Below the pieces are notes generated by a model. The model did no database searches. It saw only the letters and a program-made list of their open reading frames with translations, and was not told the origin of the DNA. From assembly GCF_009834535.1 (NCBI RefSeq), contig NC_045696.1:48300001-48364000 (forward strand): a DNA stretch of 64,000 nucleotides, read 5' to 3'. Made by a program: the position numbers and the translations under genes. Source of the DNA: Camelus ferus (taxonomy: Eukaryota). Numbering within the stretch: position 1 is the stretch's first letter; the number at the start of each line of letters is the position of its first letter. Shown in pieces: positions 1-13,054 of this stretch.

Positions 1-399
1 TATGAGCAGCAATTTCGTCTTACTCTTCTCTAAATAACGTTCCAGCTAAGTCGTGATGGACTATTTCTCTGATCAGGCTTATACAACAAATATTTGTATT
101 GGAGGTAGAGGGTTGGATGACTGACATACCAGGTTCTAAAATATTCTGGCTAGTAAGGTACACATTTTTGTTTTGTTATGTCTCTCATTTTCTTTCTCTG
201 CTTTTCCCTAAGATTCCTAGCAAGATAATGTGTGCACGTATACAAGGATGCACACGTATACATGTATAAATGCCATTTTATTTTAATTAAATGCTTATAT
301 AAGCTGGCATAAACGGCTGTGATTACCATGATTATGCACACCTTTTCATCTCCGTCAGAGGCCAACCTAGAATTTTTCATGCCCTTTAATTCCATTGCT

Positions 400-720
400 A
401 GCAATTCTCCACTGCCATATACCTGCTGCCTTCTTAGTGATTACCCCACAGTTCCCTGAAAAATGGAACATTCTAGCCCTCTTTCTCTCTGACATCTCTG
501 TAAAACTTGCTGGGTACTTCTACTCTTGGCTCCTGCCTGTAAGCATCTTATTACAAAGTTTTAGCATCCTCTTGTTCTGCAAGGCATACCTTTTAAATCT
601 CTCATGACTTGCCCACATACTTATTTGGAGTCTTAATTTATACCCATCTTCCTAACTGCTTGCAGGGCACCTCAAATTCTTCAAATATAAAACCAAACCA
701 ATCTTACTGCAGTGCCCTCC
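400..720 (+). mobile_element. Degraded L2 LINE fragment
   Basis: Pyrimidine-rich L2-like stretches such as 'ctctctgacatctctgta' and 'gggcacctcaaattcttcaaatataaaaccaaacc'. Confidence 0.45.
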
Positions 721-2569
721 CCATTTCCAGTCTCTGTTTCTTTCCTGTAACACACACTCACAAAAGTATCTGTGGCTTTTAAAATTTTTAACTTATCTTT
801 TATTTTCTTCTCTTAATTATTTATTTTTTTTTTAACAGCACTAGTCGTTACCTGAAAACCTTGGAGTTTCCATCCTCTACTCTAAGGAAAACCTTAGAGT
901 GATTCCATCTGTCCTATCCAACTTTTTATTAAAATAAATTCCTAGGATTAAAAGTTCAGCACCTACATTTTTAAGACTAAATTACCATATTTGTCATTTT
1001 GTGAACTTTCTATTCATTCAGAGCTGTTTAGCAATTATCCATACAACTCTTTCAATATTTTTAAGATATACTGTCTTAATTTTGTAACACTTTTATGCAC
1101 CTGTTCTCCAGAACTGGATGCTAAACTCTTCAGTGGCACTGTTATGATCTAACACACCAAGGTTCCTAAAATCTGGTGACACCCCGCATCCAAAACAGGT
1201 CATTTACCGCTGCTTCTTTAATGCCACCTTTCTTTATATTTTTGAGTTGTGCTAGTCTCAAAGTATAATTAATTAAATAATAAATCTCATCAGTGCTGTG
1301 TGATCTGATGACTAAATTCAGTGTGTGGCTACTTCAGTCAGATATTTTATGTATTTCACATCCTAATCAATTTTACATATTTTTGTTTTCTCAGATCTGA
1401 GATTTAATATATCTTACATACTAATTAATAATTAAATATCATACCTAGTTTATTTATCATGTTTATCATACCTGGTTTATTTTAACATGTCTAGCAGAGA
1501 AATGAGCTTAGAACTTGAGGTAAAAGTGTCAAAGCAATATTCTGCCAGCTAGTCTGTTTGGTAAGTTGGATTTTTGCTCAATACCTAATGAGAAGTTAAC
1601 ACAACTTGCTTCTTTTTTTAATTACTAGCATTCTCAATGCCTGACATATAATAGGGACTCAAAGTTTGTCAAATAAACGAGTAAATGACTGAAGAGATTC
1701 GAATCAAATATTCAGAGTAAGCATAACTGCTGTTCTTCAACCAAATTACTTTAACAAGGTAATTTTCCCACTTGTGGATGAGTTTCTGGAGTTTAACTCA
1801 GTCAGAAAAAGAGAAATTATATTTGCTTGAGAATAAATGAACCTTCCTCATATGTGTTAGTATGAACTTTCATTGTCATTAGTTTCACAAAGCACCGACG
1901 GGCAGTTTTAACATCCTTAATATTTTAAGGATTATGCTTTTTGCATAGCACTGGCCATTAGGCTCAACTACAAACCTGTAAGTGGTGGGTGTCATGTTGG
2001 CTTTTAAAGCTACAGCAGTCATTTTGGTGAAGGAATTATCTTTTAACCCGCAATGATATTCCTCACTATTAATTCCAGTGCTGAGAATTACACCAGGCTT
2101 AACCATGAGCCACTGGTTATACTGGATGCAATATTCTTTCTTAAATGAACTGAATTACAAAGTACATCTTGATTAAGATGGAAAAAAGTTATACACATGA
2201 TACTTGTAACTGTAGATTTTACTTCGCACCTATCCCCAGTACTTTGTGTGTCAGTTCAATTCTCATGCACTCATATTTGCATTAGTCTCACTCATTTTTT
2301 GCCTCAATTTTTCAAATGCCTGTGCTAAAATATAGAAGGATAAATTAGATGTAATTTTACATGTAACTGTAGAATTAATTTTATTTCCTCAACACTAGGA
2401 ACCAATAGATGAGGTGAAGTTATGGAAAGTATGTGAAACATCTGGGCCTGTGTTTGGGAAATTAATTTCAATTGAGGTTATCTTCCAGTTCTTTGGGGAC
2501 AGTTTTTGGACTTGCCTCAAATTTTGTTTCTTCTTATTTTCAAAAATATTACACTTGTTTTTAAAATTT

Positions 2570-2690
2570 GTTTTTCTTTCTGCTGCCTGATTCAGTGATT
2601 TCCATTATTCTGTCTTCCAGATCATTTATATATTCTTCTGTATCACTAAGCCTGTTATTTATTTCTTCTAGTGTGTTTTTTAAGCTAGTG
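2570..2690 (-). mobile_element. L1 ORF1-region fragment
   Basis: 'gatttccattattctgtcttccagatcatttatatattcttctgtatcactaagcctgttatttatttcttctagtg' resembles the antisense ORF1 segment seen again at ~16770-16850. Confidence 0.6.
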
Positions 2691-3014
2691 AGTTCAAGAT
2701 TTGTTCACCACTCCCCCCATGTTACAGCAGATTTGTGTCATTTTTGTTTTCATTCTCATCTCATATATACTTGTAATTATAATCTCTTCCATCAGGTTTT
2801 TTTTTCTTCTTTTGAAGGTGGTATTTTCCTTCAGTAATCATAACTGAAGAGCTTCCAAATTTAAGGTTTTCTAACACTTTCTTATTCTATTTCATCCATT
2901 CTTACAAAACTAAATTCTTCATCTTTGTTGTCAGGAAAGTTACCATTTTGTCCAGGGCCTACTATTTGACCCCTAATTTATATGCATATCTCATTTATTT
3001 TTCTCCTTTAGCCC

Positions 3015-3135
3015 TAGGCATTATTATCTAATTTTATAAATGAGTGAAAGCGAGGCTCAGGAAAGCTGTATAGCTCATCTTAAGTAAAGCAGCCAGATTC
3101 TCTCCAGATCTGATTCCAAAATTTCCTGCCTTTTA
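3015..3135 (-). mobile_element. MIR SINE fragment
   Basis: 'attattatctaattttataaatgag...gaggctcag' is the antisense MIR core. Confidence 0.6.
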
Positions 3136-5829
3136 TACGATTCCAGCATGTCATAGATGCCTATAGATACATAGTTGTTCTTAAATGTTTGACAAGGTTC
3201 CTTGCCATGTTTAATAAGTTTGACTTATTCCTGTCATGTGTTAACTCTTGTAAAATATAAAGATTTTTAAAATACTGACTTTCTTTAGTAGTCTCAGTCT
3301 TTTGATGTGTTTTACCAGGTAGCTGAATTATGGTGGCCACTATCTCTGAGTAGTTAGTTGGGCAGAGTATCCAGGAAAAGAACAGAATCAACTACCATAA
3401 TGACACCCATGAATCCTGATCTTAGGAAATAACACTACTGTTTAAAAAAAAAAGAAAAACAGGCCAAAATTCATCAATTATTGTTATTTATAAATAACAT
3501 TGGCATGAGTTAGTCAGTGGACAGAACACATTGTTATTGGGTCCTTGTAAAGAAATAGCATTGATAGGATCTTTGCAAATACAATCTTAGAGAATTATAG
3601 AGAATTATAGGTGCTCCATAGACTTATCACACTGAAAAAGGTCTTTAAAGCCATCTCTTTGTTCTAAAAGAGCACACCTTATCTTGGATGTAAGATGGGA
3701 ATTTTCTTTATGTTCTAAAGGTAATCAGCATATTGACTAGGAGGGAAAAATTCTGGCAGATGAGTAAACAAATCCTTGGTACTTTGTTCTGGTTAGGAGC
3801 ACTCAAGTACCATTTAGTATCTTTAACCAAAAACCAAAAACAAAAAAAAACCAAAAAAACATGTATTTATATAGAAATCAAATGTAGTCATAGTACAAGT
3901 GAAGATTCTCATTATTTACAGTATGTTTTGGCCCATCAGGATTCTTGGAAGATTTGTTACAAATGAGAAGGTATGTGAACTGATTCTGTGCTAAATGTTA
4001 CTCAGTGAGTAAATTTGAAGCAATTATTTTTATCCAAAATGAGGTTGACTTGTACTACTTGGTCATGAATCTTTCTCAAACAATAAAATAAGAACCTACT
4101 AACCACTCACACTCTTGTCTGGGAGCTCAATTTGAACTCTTGAGATTTCTTTTCAGATTCAGTAAGCTGATAATCCTTATGCTTTTATAAAATGAAAATG
4201 ACAAGACTGATGTGTTTTAAAGAAAGTTGTCAAAGTATAGAGATATATGTGTGTCAATGCACATATGTGTGAGGGTATATATGTGTGTATATGTGTGTAT
4301 AGTGTGTTCTCTCTTCTTTAAAAATGGTCAGGAAATAGCAGTCATTTCTGAGCACATGCCAAGAACAAAAATCCTAGCTGAAAGGAATAGTTTTCTGTTT
4401 TTCCATACATTTAAAGGAAGTGTCTGAAAGTAAGGACTGTAATAGAATTGCTTTCTCCAACAGAATTACAGCATCATTACTGAGGGGCCATAATGTATTT
4501 TATACTGCTCTGTTAGACCCTTCCACTATTTTTTATCCTTTTTAAAATTTTACTACACTGAACTCAGAACAGAGGTCACAGACCACACATCTGAAAATAA
4601 GTAGAAAAGTAATAATACTAAATAGAGAATGCTTATAACTACATTCCACAGAGTTAATGCAGTGCCACCCTTCACCCTTACTTTAGTTGCACTAATTCAT
4701 CACCTATTCCATTTAAGATTTGATTAAATAAAGTATTCAGTAATGTACAGTACAAAGCTACCTTCTCGCATAAGAAAGTGTTTATATTTAGTTAGAGGTT
4801 CGTAGACTTTCTGAGTGTTTATATTCCCCAGTCTTTTCAGCAGAAAAAAAGTGAATAAATATACCTATCTGGTCTAAGTATTTGTAGTTGAATAGAAGCA
4901 CGCTTAGTATTAAAATATAATTGATTTTATATCTCAAGCAAAGTGTACCTTTTGCCATCCACTGAAAAGAAGAAAATTCCATTGTAAAGAATTTTTATGT
5001 CTTCATTCTGTATCTCTAAGTACATGCTTTCACGAAAAATTTAAAATACTAATGATTAAAAAATTAAATATCTGTACTCAACATTTGATTTCTTCTCTGA
5101 AAAAAATCATTTCTACATTCACTATACTATGTATCCAAATTGGAATGGTTTGGTTCGTACTATTATTTGTAAGAATTTAAAACTTAAGTGTGGATAAAAG
5201 ACCATATGGATACTTATTATACCAGAAACTTTATAACTCAAACTTGTGGGAATTATTAAAATTTGGGCTGTCATTTTCTGCTTTTGGATGTTCTTGATCT
5301 CCTTTGTTTTCTGGTTTCTGCAATTGTGTGACATAAATTCCAATTTCCAAACAAGTTAAAAAGCAAAATGTATTCTAATATCCTAAAAGCTCTCCGTTCA
5401 TTGACTGTTTAATAACAGAGACATCACTCATCTATATTGCTTTATCTAATGTCAAACTTGTGCTTGTAATTTGTGTGGAGTAAGAAGGAGGTTGAATTCA
5501 TTTTCAAGGTATATGCAAACTAAGACAAGTATTCTATATTCTAATACAATTTGGTAACTGTTACTCTTACCTTCAGATTTGCCCTTTTAACTGTGTGTTA
5601 TATTATGATGCTATTTTAATGAAATATCATATGTAAAATGAATGTATTTATATATGTTCTGCTTATAAACGGTAATAAAACCAGGGGTGCCACTACTTAT
5701 CTTCCAGTGTCAGTGTAACCATTGCTGCTGCCCCACCTTTGATTCAAGAACTGGTCACTATATGAAGCTTCTAGTTTAAGTCATCTTTCCTTCGTATTTC
5801 TCTGTAATTTACTTACATGAATCTGTTAA

Positions 5830-6600
5830 GCATTTACAAACTTAAAAAGTCTTGTTTCTTTATGTAGTGACGCTTTTTATCCCTAGTTGTACCTTTTTGT
5901 CTCAAAGCCCATCTTTAATGTTTTTATGTAGCTATACCATCTGGAGCTTGCTTGGGCATTTTCCATTGTGCCTCTACATTTTTTCTCATCTGTCTTTGTC
6001 CTTTTCCAAGTACACCTCTTGTGTACAGCATGGGACTGGATTTTGTCTTGATAAGGCTTTTCTGACATTATTTTAAATTGTAAATTTTATTTACTTTGAT
6101 TACAGAAATACTTTCATTTGTTCTGACCTTCTGTTTTGTTTGTTTGTTTATTTGTTTTTTTGGTCTAGCTTTCTCTCTATCTATTTTCCCCCTATATTTC
6201 ATTTGCCTGCTTTTGGATTGACTTTTGAATTATATTTCATATTCCTTTTTTATGCTTTGGAAGTTATGTACTTGATTTCTATTCTTTTAATGGTCACTTT
6301 AGAAATTTCAACAAGTTTATTTAACTTAGCAGTAGAATAGTTAATCTGTAGTTATAGAATGAATTCCCCAAAGTTAAGATTCTAGAATCAAGGGATATGA
6401 GTGATTTTATGATTTTAAAAATATACTGCTAAATTGTAATCCAAAAAAGTTATATGAATATATGCTGTCACTGACAATGCATAAATGTACATTTTTCACA
6501 TTCTTGCAAATATTAAATATTGTGATTATTTATTTATTTGATTTTATGATAATTCAGTTGTGGAAAGTCTTTATCTATTGTTGACATTTTCATACATTGC
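5830..6600 (-). mobile_element. Old L1 (L1ME-like) fragments
   Basis: T-rich antisense L1 text, e.g. 'tttctattcttttaatggtcactttagaaattt' and 'gattctagaatcaagggatatg...actgctaaattg...ccaaaaaagtt'. Confidence 0.5.
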
Positions 6601-7637
6601 CTAAATAATATTTTCATGTATGAGTTTGTGTGTGTGTGTGTCAATTTAGCTGTTTAATTACCAGATTTTTTGTGCTCATTATAAAATGAATAATTTATTT
6701 GAGCTGGCATTTTCCAGTGTCTATATAACCAGTCTTGAGGTTACTAGTTATTTTAATTGTAAATTTTCTACATCATCATGATCACACTTTCATTATAGAA
6801 TCTACTATTTAGACAGATATTTGTTTATATCTTTCTCTCCCTCAGATTGAAGCAGTATTATAGTCAAATTTTTCCTTCCATTACTAACAGGATGTTCATG
6901 AGGGTAATTCATCCTAAATGCCAGAAATAGAGGTATTTTTTCTGAGCTGCCAACACTATTTTTAAGTGTATAAATCATGCCAGATTATTATATTTCAAAG
7001 ATAGCTTCCAAAGGGAATGGAAGGAAATGTATTTAGTAAATTTGCCATATTTAACTAGAAGTTGATTGCTTCATTTTAACTTTTTTGTGCTATTACATCA
7101 CTTTACTGAATGAACTTGAGAGAGGATGGAGGAAGACTGTACATGTTCCTCCCATCCCCTGAATTTTTCTGTAATTTGGTTGTTGCTTCTTAAGTGTTAA
7201 TTTCCACTAAATCCAATCATTTATGAAGGACATGTATACCAAATAGCATCTATTATACTATTAAGAATTAAAACTTAATTAAGATACTGTCTTATATCCT
7301 TCATATTTTTTGTAGTTGATTCTGGAAATGTGTATTTCTATTTAGTTACTTCATTGATTTATTGAGATGTGACCAGATAACAGTACTGGGGTGAGCCTAC
7401 TTTTGACATCTATTTATTTACATCTATATGTGTGATGTATGTGTATTTTTAGATAACTTTTTTCTTTGCATGCTTTGAATTTTATCTTTTCAGTTTCAGC
7501 TTTATTGAGGATTAATTGATACATAAAATTGTAAGATATTTTAAGTGTATGTCGTGGTGATTTGATGTATGTATACATTGTGAAAGAATACCTCAACTTG
7601 TTAATTAACACATTCATCATCTCACATAATCAGTCTG

Positions 7638-7638
<1 letters not shown>

Positions 7639-7721
<83 letters not shown>

Positions 7722-7738
7722 TCCTTCCTTCCTTCTTT
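7639..7738. repeat. (CTTT)n tetranucleotide microsatellite, ~21 units, with short (CCTT)n tail
   Basis: Directly visible perfect repeat inside the L1 3' UTR. Confidence 0.98.
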
Positions 7739-8094
7739 CGAGAGAACATTTAAGTTCTACTCTCTTAGCAAATTTCAGCTGCACAAAGTGGTGTTATCAA
7801 CTGTAATCACCATGTTTTATATTAGATCTTTAGACTTTAATCCTTATAACTCAAAGTTTGTACCCTTTTGCCCACCTCTCCCTATTTTGCCCACCTCCAG
7901 CCCCTGACAAAACCACTTTTCTATTCTATGAGTTTGACTTAAAATAATATATATATTTTTTAGATTCCATGCGTAAGTTATATCAGACAGTATTTGTCTT
8001 TCTCTCTCTGGCGTAGTATTTCACTTAGCATAGTGTACATCCATGTTGTTGCAAATTGCACAATTTCCTTCTTTCTTATGACTGAATAATATCC

Positions 8095-8118
8095 GTGTGT
8101 GTGTGTGTGTGTGTGTGT
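8095..8118. repeat. (GT)n microsatellite
   Basis: Directly visible. Confidence 0.95.
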
Positions 8119-8985
8119 ATCATACTCTCTTTATCCATTCATCTGTTGATGGCACTTAGTTTCCATTTCTTGGCTATTGTGAAGCATATTGAAGTGAGCA
8201 TGGGAGTACAGATATCTCTTCAAGATCCTGTTTTAATTTCCTTTGGATACATACCTAGATGTAGGACTACAGGATCATTTGGTAATTACTTTTTTAAGTT
8301 TTCAAAGAACTTCCATACTTTTTTTTCATAGTGGCTGCACAAGTGTACATTCTCACCAAAGTGTTCAAGGGTTCCTTTTTCTTTACATCCTCACCAATAC
8401 TTGTTAACTCTTTTTTTTTTAAGTGATAGCCATTCTAACAGTTGTGTGGTGATATCTCACTGTGATTTTAATTTAATAGTTATTTTTAATAATGCAGTAA
8501 GTGCCCATGAAATCATAGCTTCAAACAAAAACTAATATATTGACTATAATTACTTCTAACCACTTGGTTTTGCCCTGTTATCAACCCTTCCCCTTGACCC
8601 CCTCACCCAAGTATCAAATTTTCTTCTAATACCAAAATTACAAACAATCAAGTGTTTAGGGAAAATATGGGATAGAAGTCTTCTATATATAGCCTGACTC
8701 CCTAGGTTCTTGCTTTCTGCCTTGAATACACATTTTTTTTTGGATCAGAATGATAAATGAGGAGGTATCTAATAAAGTTCGAGGGTCACCTCACACAACT
8801 GAGAGCACTTAAGTTATGAAACATATCCCATATATACCCCAGGGTATGTGTGGTGTTCTCCAGGGATACATGAATAATAAATTTATAGATTTTAGGTGTG
8901 TTTGCATTAGGCAACCCTAAATCAGGGGCATCCTACTCAAAGAACTCGGAAGGTAAAGATTCTTTTCTGAGAAGACAATCTGTTT

Positions 8986-9694
8986 GTGTGGTGATCCAGT
9001 TATGCTTACAAGGAAATTAAGGAAATTGTATTGGATCATCTGCCTTATTTTTATTTTCCCCAAGAGCATCCCTCCCTACCCCACTGATAATTGAGGAAGT
9101 AATGTATCACTCCTGCTTTACGTCTTTATGACCTTTGATCAGAAAACACGTATTTTGAGTTGCTGTTTGAGCAGGCATTTTACGGTAGGATCACCCTGCT
9201 CACATTGAGCTTCTGGCCATTTCGATAAGGACTTGAGCTTAGAATTCCTGCCACAAGTTCCCGCTTTACTTTGCCTGGGACACCTTTGAAAATAACCAGT
9301 CAGAGTTGAGCCTGTGAAGTTACTGACCTTTACCCCAACCACCTTTCAATAATGGGTGCCTGCTATCCTGATGGCTATCTCCTCCTGCTCACTTGTGACC
9401 TGGGATGAAGGATTGCCCTTACTTCAGTTCATTCATCATGCTTCCTCTCTCTTTCTCTCTCTCACACACACACATGCACACACGTGCACAAATATACCCC
9501 ACCCCCTGTTTCTGAGATCTGTAAGTAATCTTGTGACTTTCTTTCCTTTGTGTGAATATATTAAAACTGTGCCTCCAATCAAAATGACCCCAGGGTTTTT
9601 GCTTCCCCCAAATGGAAATTTGGGTGCTGAGAGAACTACCTGCTGACCCCGTGTGGGTGTCTTGTGCCACTTTATTCAGCAGGTTGTAATCCAC
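8986..9694 (+). mobile_element. Probable solo LTR (family unresolved)
   Basis: ~700 bp of higher-complexity sequence bounded by TG...CA ('...gttgtaatccaca'), with a CT/CA tract followed by 'gagatctgtaagtaatc' and ATTAAA near the 3' end, an LTR-like layout. No clear TSD found. Confidence 0.5.
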
Positions 9695-11974
9695 ATATTC
9701 TTTTATTTTATTGAAGTATAATTGACGTACAATAGCATATTAGTATCAGGTGTACATCGTAGTGATTCAATATTTATTTATTTATTTTTAACACTTTTAT
9801 TGTGGTATGGTTCCTGTACAGTGATTCAGTATTTATACACGTTTCAAATGGTCACTATGATAGTTGTAGTTACAATCTGTTACCTTACAAAGTTTTTACA
9901 ATATTATTGACTATATTTCCAATGTTGTAGATTATGTCCCCATAACTAATTTATTTTATAACTGGAAGTTTGTTTTTCTTACACATCTCCATCTATTTCT
10001 CCTGCCCTCCAAATCCCGTCTGCTCTAGCAAACTTTAGTTTGTTTTCTGTATCTATGGGTTTGTTTCTGTTTAGTTTTGTTTGTTTTGTATTTTAGATTC
10101 CACATATAAGTGAGATCATGTGGTAATTGTCTTTCTCTGCCTGACTTATTTCACATAGCAAGAGACCTTCTAGGTCCATCCATGCTGTCACAAATTGCAA
10201 GATTTCATTCTTCTTTATGGCTGAGTAATATCCCACTATATATGTATATACCACATCATCTATATTTTCCATTCATTTATTGATGGACACATAGGTTGTT
10301 TCCATATTGTGGTTATTATAAATAATGCTACAATAAAAATTAGGGGTGCATATACCTTTTTGAGTTAGTGTTTTCATTTTCTTTGGTTAAATACCCAGAA
10401 GTGGAATTTCTTGATCTAATGGTTGTTCTATTTTTAATTTTTTGAGGAATTGCCATGTTTTCCATAGGGGCTGCACCAATTTATATTCCCACCAATTATG
10501 CATAAAGATTCCTTTTTCTCTACATCTTTGCCAACACTTATTTGTTGTCTTTTTGATCATACCTATTCTGACAGGTTTGAGGTGGCATCTCATTGTGGTT
10601 TGAATTTGCATTTCCCTGATGGTTAGTGATGTTAAGCATCACAAGCTTACATATAAGTCTATAATCCAGTTTGAATTTATTTTTGTGTATAGTGGAGAAG
10701 GTAGTCCAGTTTAGTTCTTTTGCATGTAAGCTCACCAGTTTTCACAATATAATTTATTGAAAAGGCTGTCTTTCACCGTTTTGTATTTTAGACTCCTTTG
10801 TTGTAGATTAATTGACCATATAGGTATGGGTTTATTTCTGGGCTCTCTTCTCTTCCATTGATTTATATGTCTGTTTTTGTGCCAGTACCATACTGTTTTG
10901 ATTACTGTAGCTTTGTAGTATAGTGTGAAATCAGGAAACATGATATCTCAGATTTGTTCTTCATTTCAATATTGTTTTGGCTATTTGGGATTTTTTTGTG
11001 TGTGTTTCCATACAAATTTTGGAACTATTTGTCCTAGTTCTGTGAAAAATGCCATTGGATTGGAAGACTTAATATTGTTAAAATATATGTATGTCTATTG
11101 CCTTTAGTAGTATGGTCATTTTAATAATATTAAATCTTCCAATCCATTAACATGCTATATCTTCCCATTTGTTTGTGTTGTCTTCAGTTTATTTCATCAG
11201 TGTTTTACAGATTTGTGAGTACAAGTCTTTTGCCTCCTTGGTTAGATTTAGTCCTAGATATTATTTTTCTTTTTGATGCAATTGTAAATGGGATTAATTT
11301 CTTAATTTCTCTATCTAATAGCTATTTGCTAATTAATAGAAAAGCAGTAGATTTCTGTATATTAATTTTGTACTTTGCAACTTTAATGGATTCACATCTT
11401 AGCCTAGTAGTTTTTTGATAGGGACGTTAGAGTTTTCTATATGTCATAACATACTTGCATATTATAATCTGCAAATAGTGATAGTTTTATTTCTTTCCTT
11501 CGATTTGAATGCCTTTTATTACTTTTTCTTGTTTGAATTGCTCTGGCTAGGATTTACAATACTATGTTAAATAGAAGTGGCAAGAGTGGGCATCCTTCTT
11601 TTGCTCCTGATTTTAGAGGAAAAGCTTTTAGCTTTTTATCATTAGGTATGATGTGGGATTGTCATAAATGACCTTTAGTATGTTGAGATATGTTTCTTCT
11701 GTACCATAGAGTTTTTATCATGAATAGATGTTGAATTTTGTCAAATGCTTTTTTGGCATCTGTTGGGATGATCATGTGATTTTTATCCTCCATTTTGTTA
11801 ATGTGGTGTATCACATTGATTAATTTGTGGACTCTGAACCATCCTTGCATCCCTGGAATGGATCTCACTTGATCCCAGTGTGTGATCCTTTTTGTATATT
11901 GTTGGATTCAGTTTGGTAATATTTTGTGGAGGGTTCTTGCATCTATCTTTATTAGCGATATTGACCTAGTGATT

Positions 11975-11977
<3 letters not shown>

Positions 11978-12005
<28 letters not shown>
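11978..12005. repeat. (TG)n microsatellite
   Basis: Directly visible. Confidence 0.95.
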
Positions 12006-12006
<1 letters not shown>

Positions 12007-12314
12007 GTAACTTTGTTTGGTTTTGGTGATGCTGGCCCCATAGATGACTTCAGAAGTATTCCTTTGTTTTTAACTTTCAGAAATAATTTAAGAAAGATAG
12101 GTGTGAACTCTTTAAATACTTGACAGAATTCACCTGTGAAGCCATCTTGTCCTCAACTTTTATTTGTTGGGAGTTTTGTTCATTTTTTAATTTAATTTCA
12201 TTGCTGGCAATCAATCTGTTTATTTATTTATTTATTTATTCTAATATAGTCCTGAGAAGTTCTTAGAAATTTATCCATTCCTTCTAGGTTGTTCATTAAT
12301 TGGTGTATAATTGT

Positions 12315-12615
12315 TTTTTTTTTTACAATTTAACACAGCAGTTTACAATGCTGTGTTAATTTCTAGCGTACTGATTCATTTGTACGTATATAAATTCCTT
12401 TTTATATTCTTTTTTATTATAGGCAATTACAAGGTATTAACTATTTCCATGCACTACACAGTGGGATCTTGTTTACCCATTTTATATATAGTAGTTAATA
12501 TTTACAAACCCTAAGTCCCAATTTACTCCTCCCCATCCCCTTTTCCCCATGGTAACCATAAATTTGTTTTCTATGGCTGTGAGTCTCTCTCTGTTTTGTA
12601 AATAATTTCATTTGT

Positions 12616-12646
<31 letters not shown>

Positions 12647-13054
12647 GGATTTCACATATAAGTGATGTCATATGGAACTTTTCTTTCTTTTGCTGGCTTA
12701 TTTCACTTAGTATGACCATCTCCAGGTCTATCCATGTTGCTGGAAATGGCATTACTTTATTCTTTATTGTGGCTGAGTAGTATTCCATTATATATCTATA
12801 TCTTTATCTATCTATCTGTGTATCTATCTACCACAACTTATTTATTCAGTCATCTGTTGATGGATATTTAGGTTGCCTTCATGTCTTGGGCTTTGTAAAT
12901 AGTGCTGCTATGAACATTGGTTTCATGTACCTTTTTGAATTAGAGTTTCCTCCAGATATATGCCCAGGAGTGTGATTGCTGGATCATAGGGTACGTCCAT
13001 TTTCAGTTCTTTAAGGAATCTGCATACTGTTTTCCATAATGGCTGCACCAAGCC
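12315..13054 (-). mobile_element. Younger 5'-truncated L1 (~740 bp) inserted in host L1
   Basis: T-tail at left; ORF2 C-terminus 'MEYYSATIKNKVMPFPATWIDLEMVILSEISQ'; flanked by a 21-bp TSD cattaattggtgtataattgt (12294-12314) / catttattggtgtataattgt (13055-13075). Confidence 0.93.

Larger units (their letters stand above)
7481..8474 (-). mobile_element. 5'-truncated L1 (L1MA-like 3' UTR plus end of ORF2)
   Basis: Antisense L1 3' end 'ctttattgagg..taattgatacataaaattgt', then 'ttagattccat', 'ccatgttgttgcaaat', 'catagtggctgcac', 'gatagccattctaacag..gtggtgatatctcac'. Confidence 0.9.

Noticed and set aside
7562..7753. ORF with repeating FLSF
   Set aside because: Translation of the (CTTT)n microsatellite.
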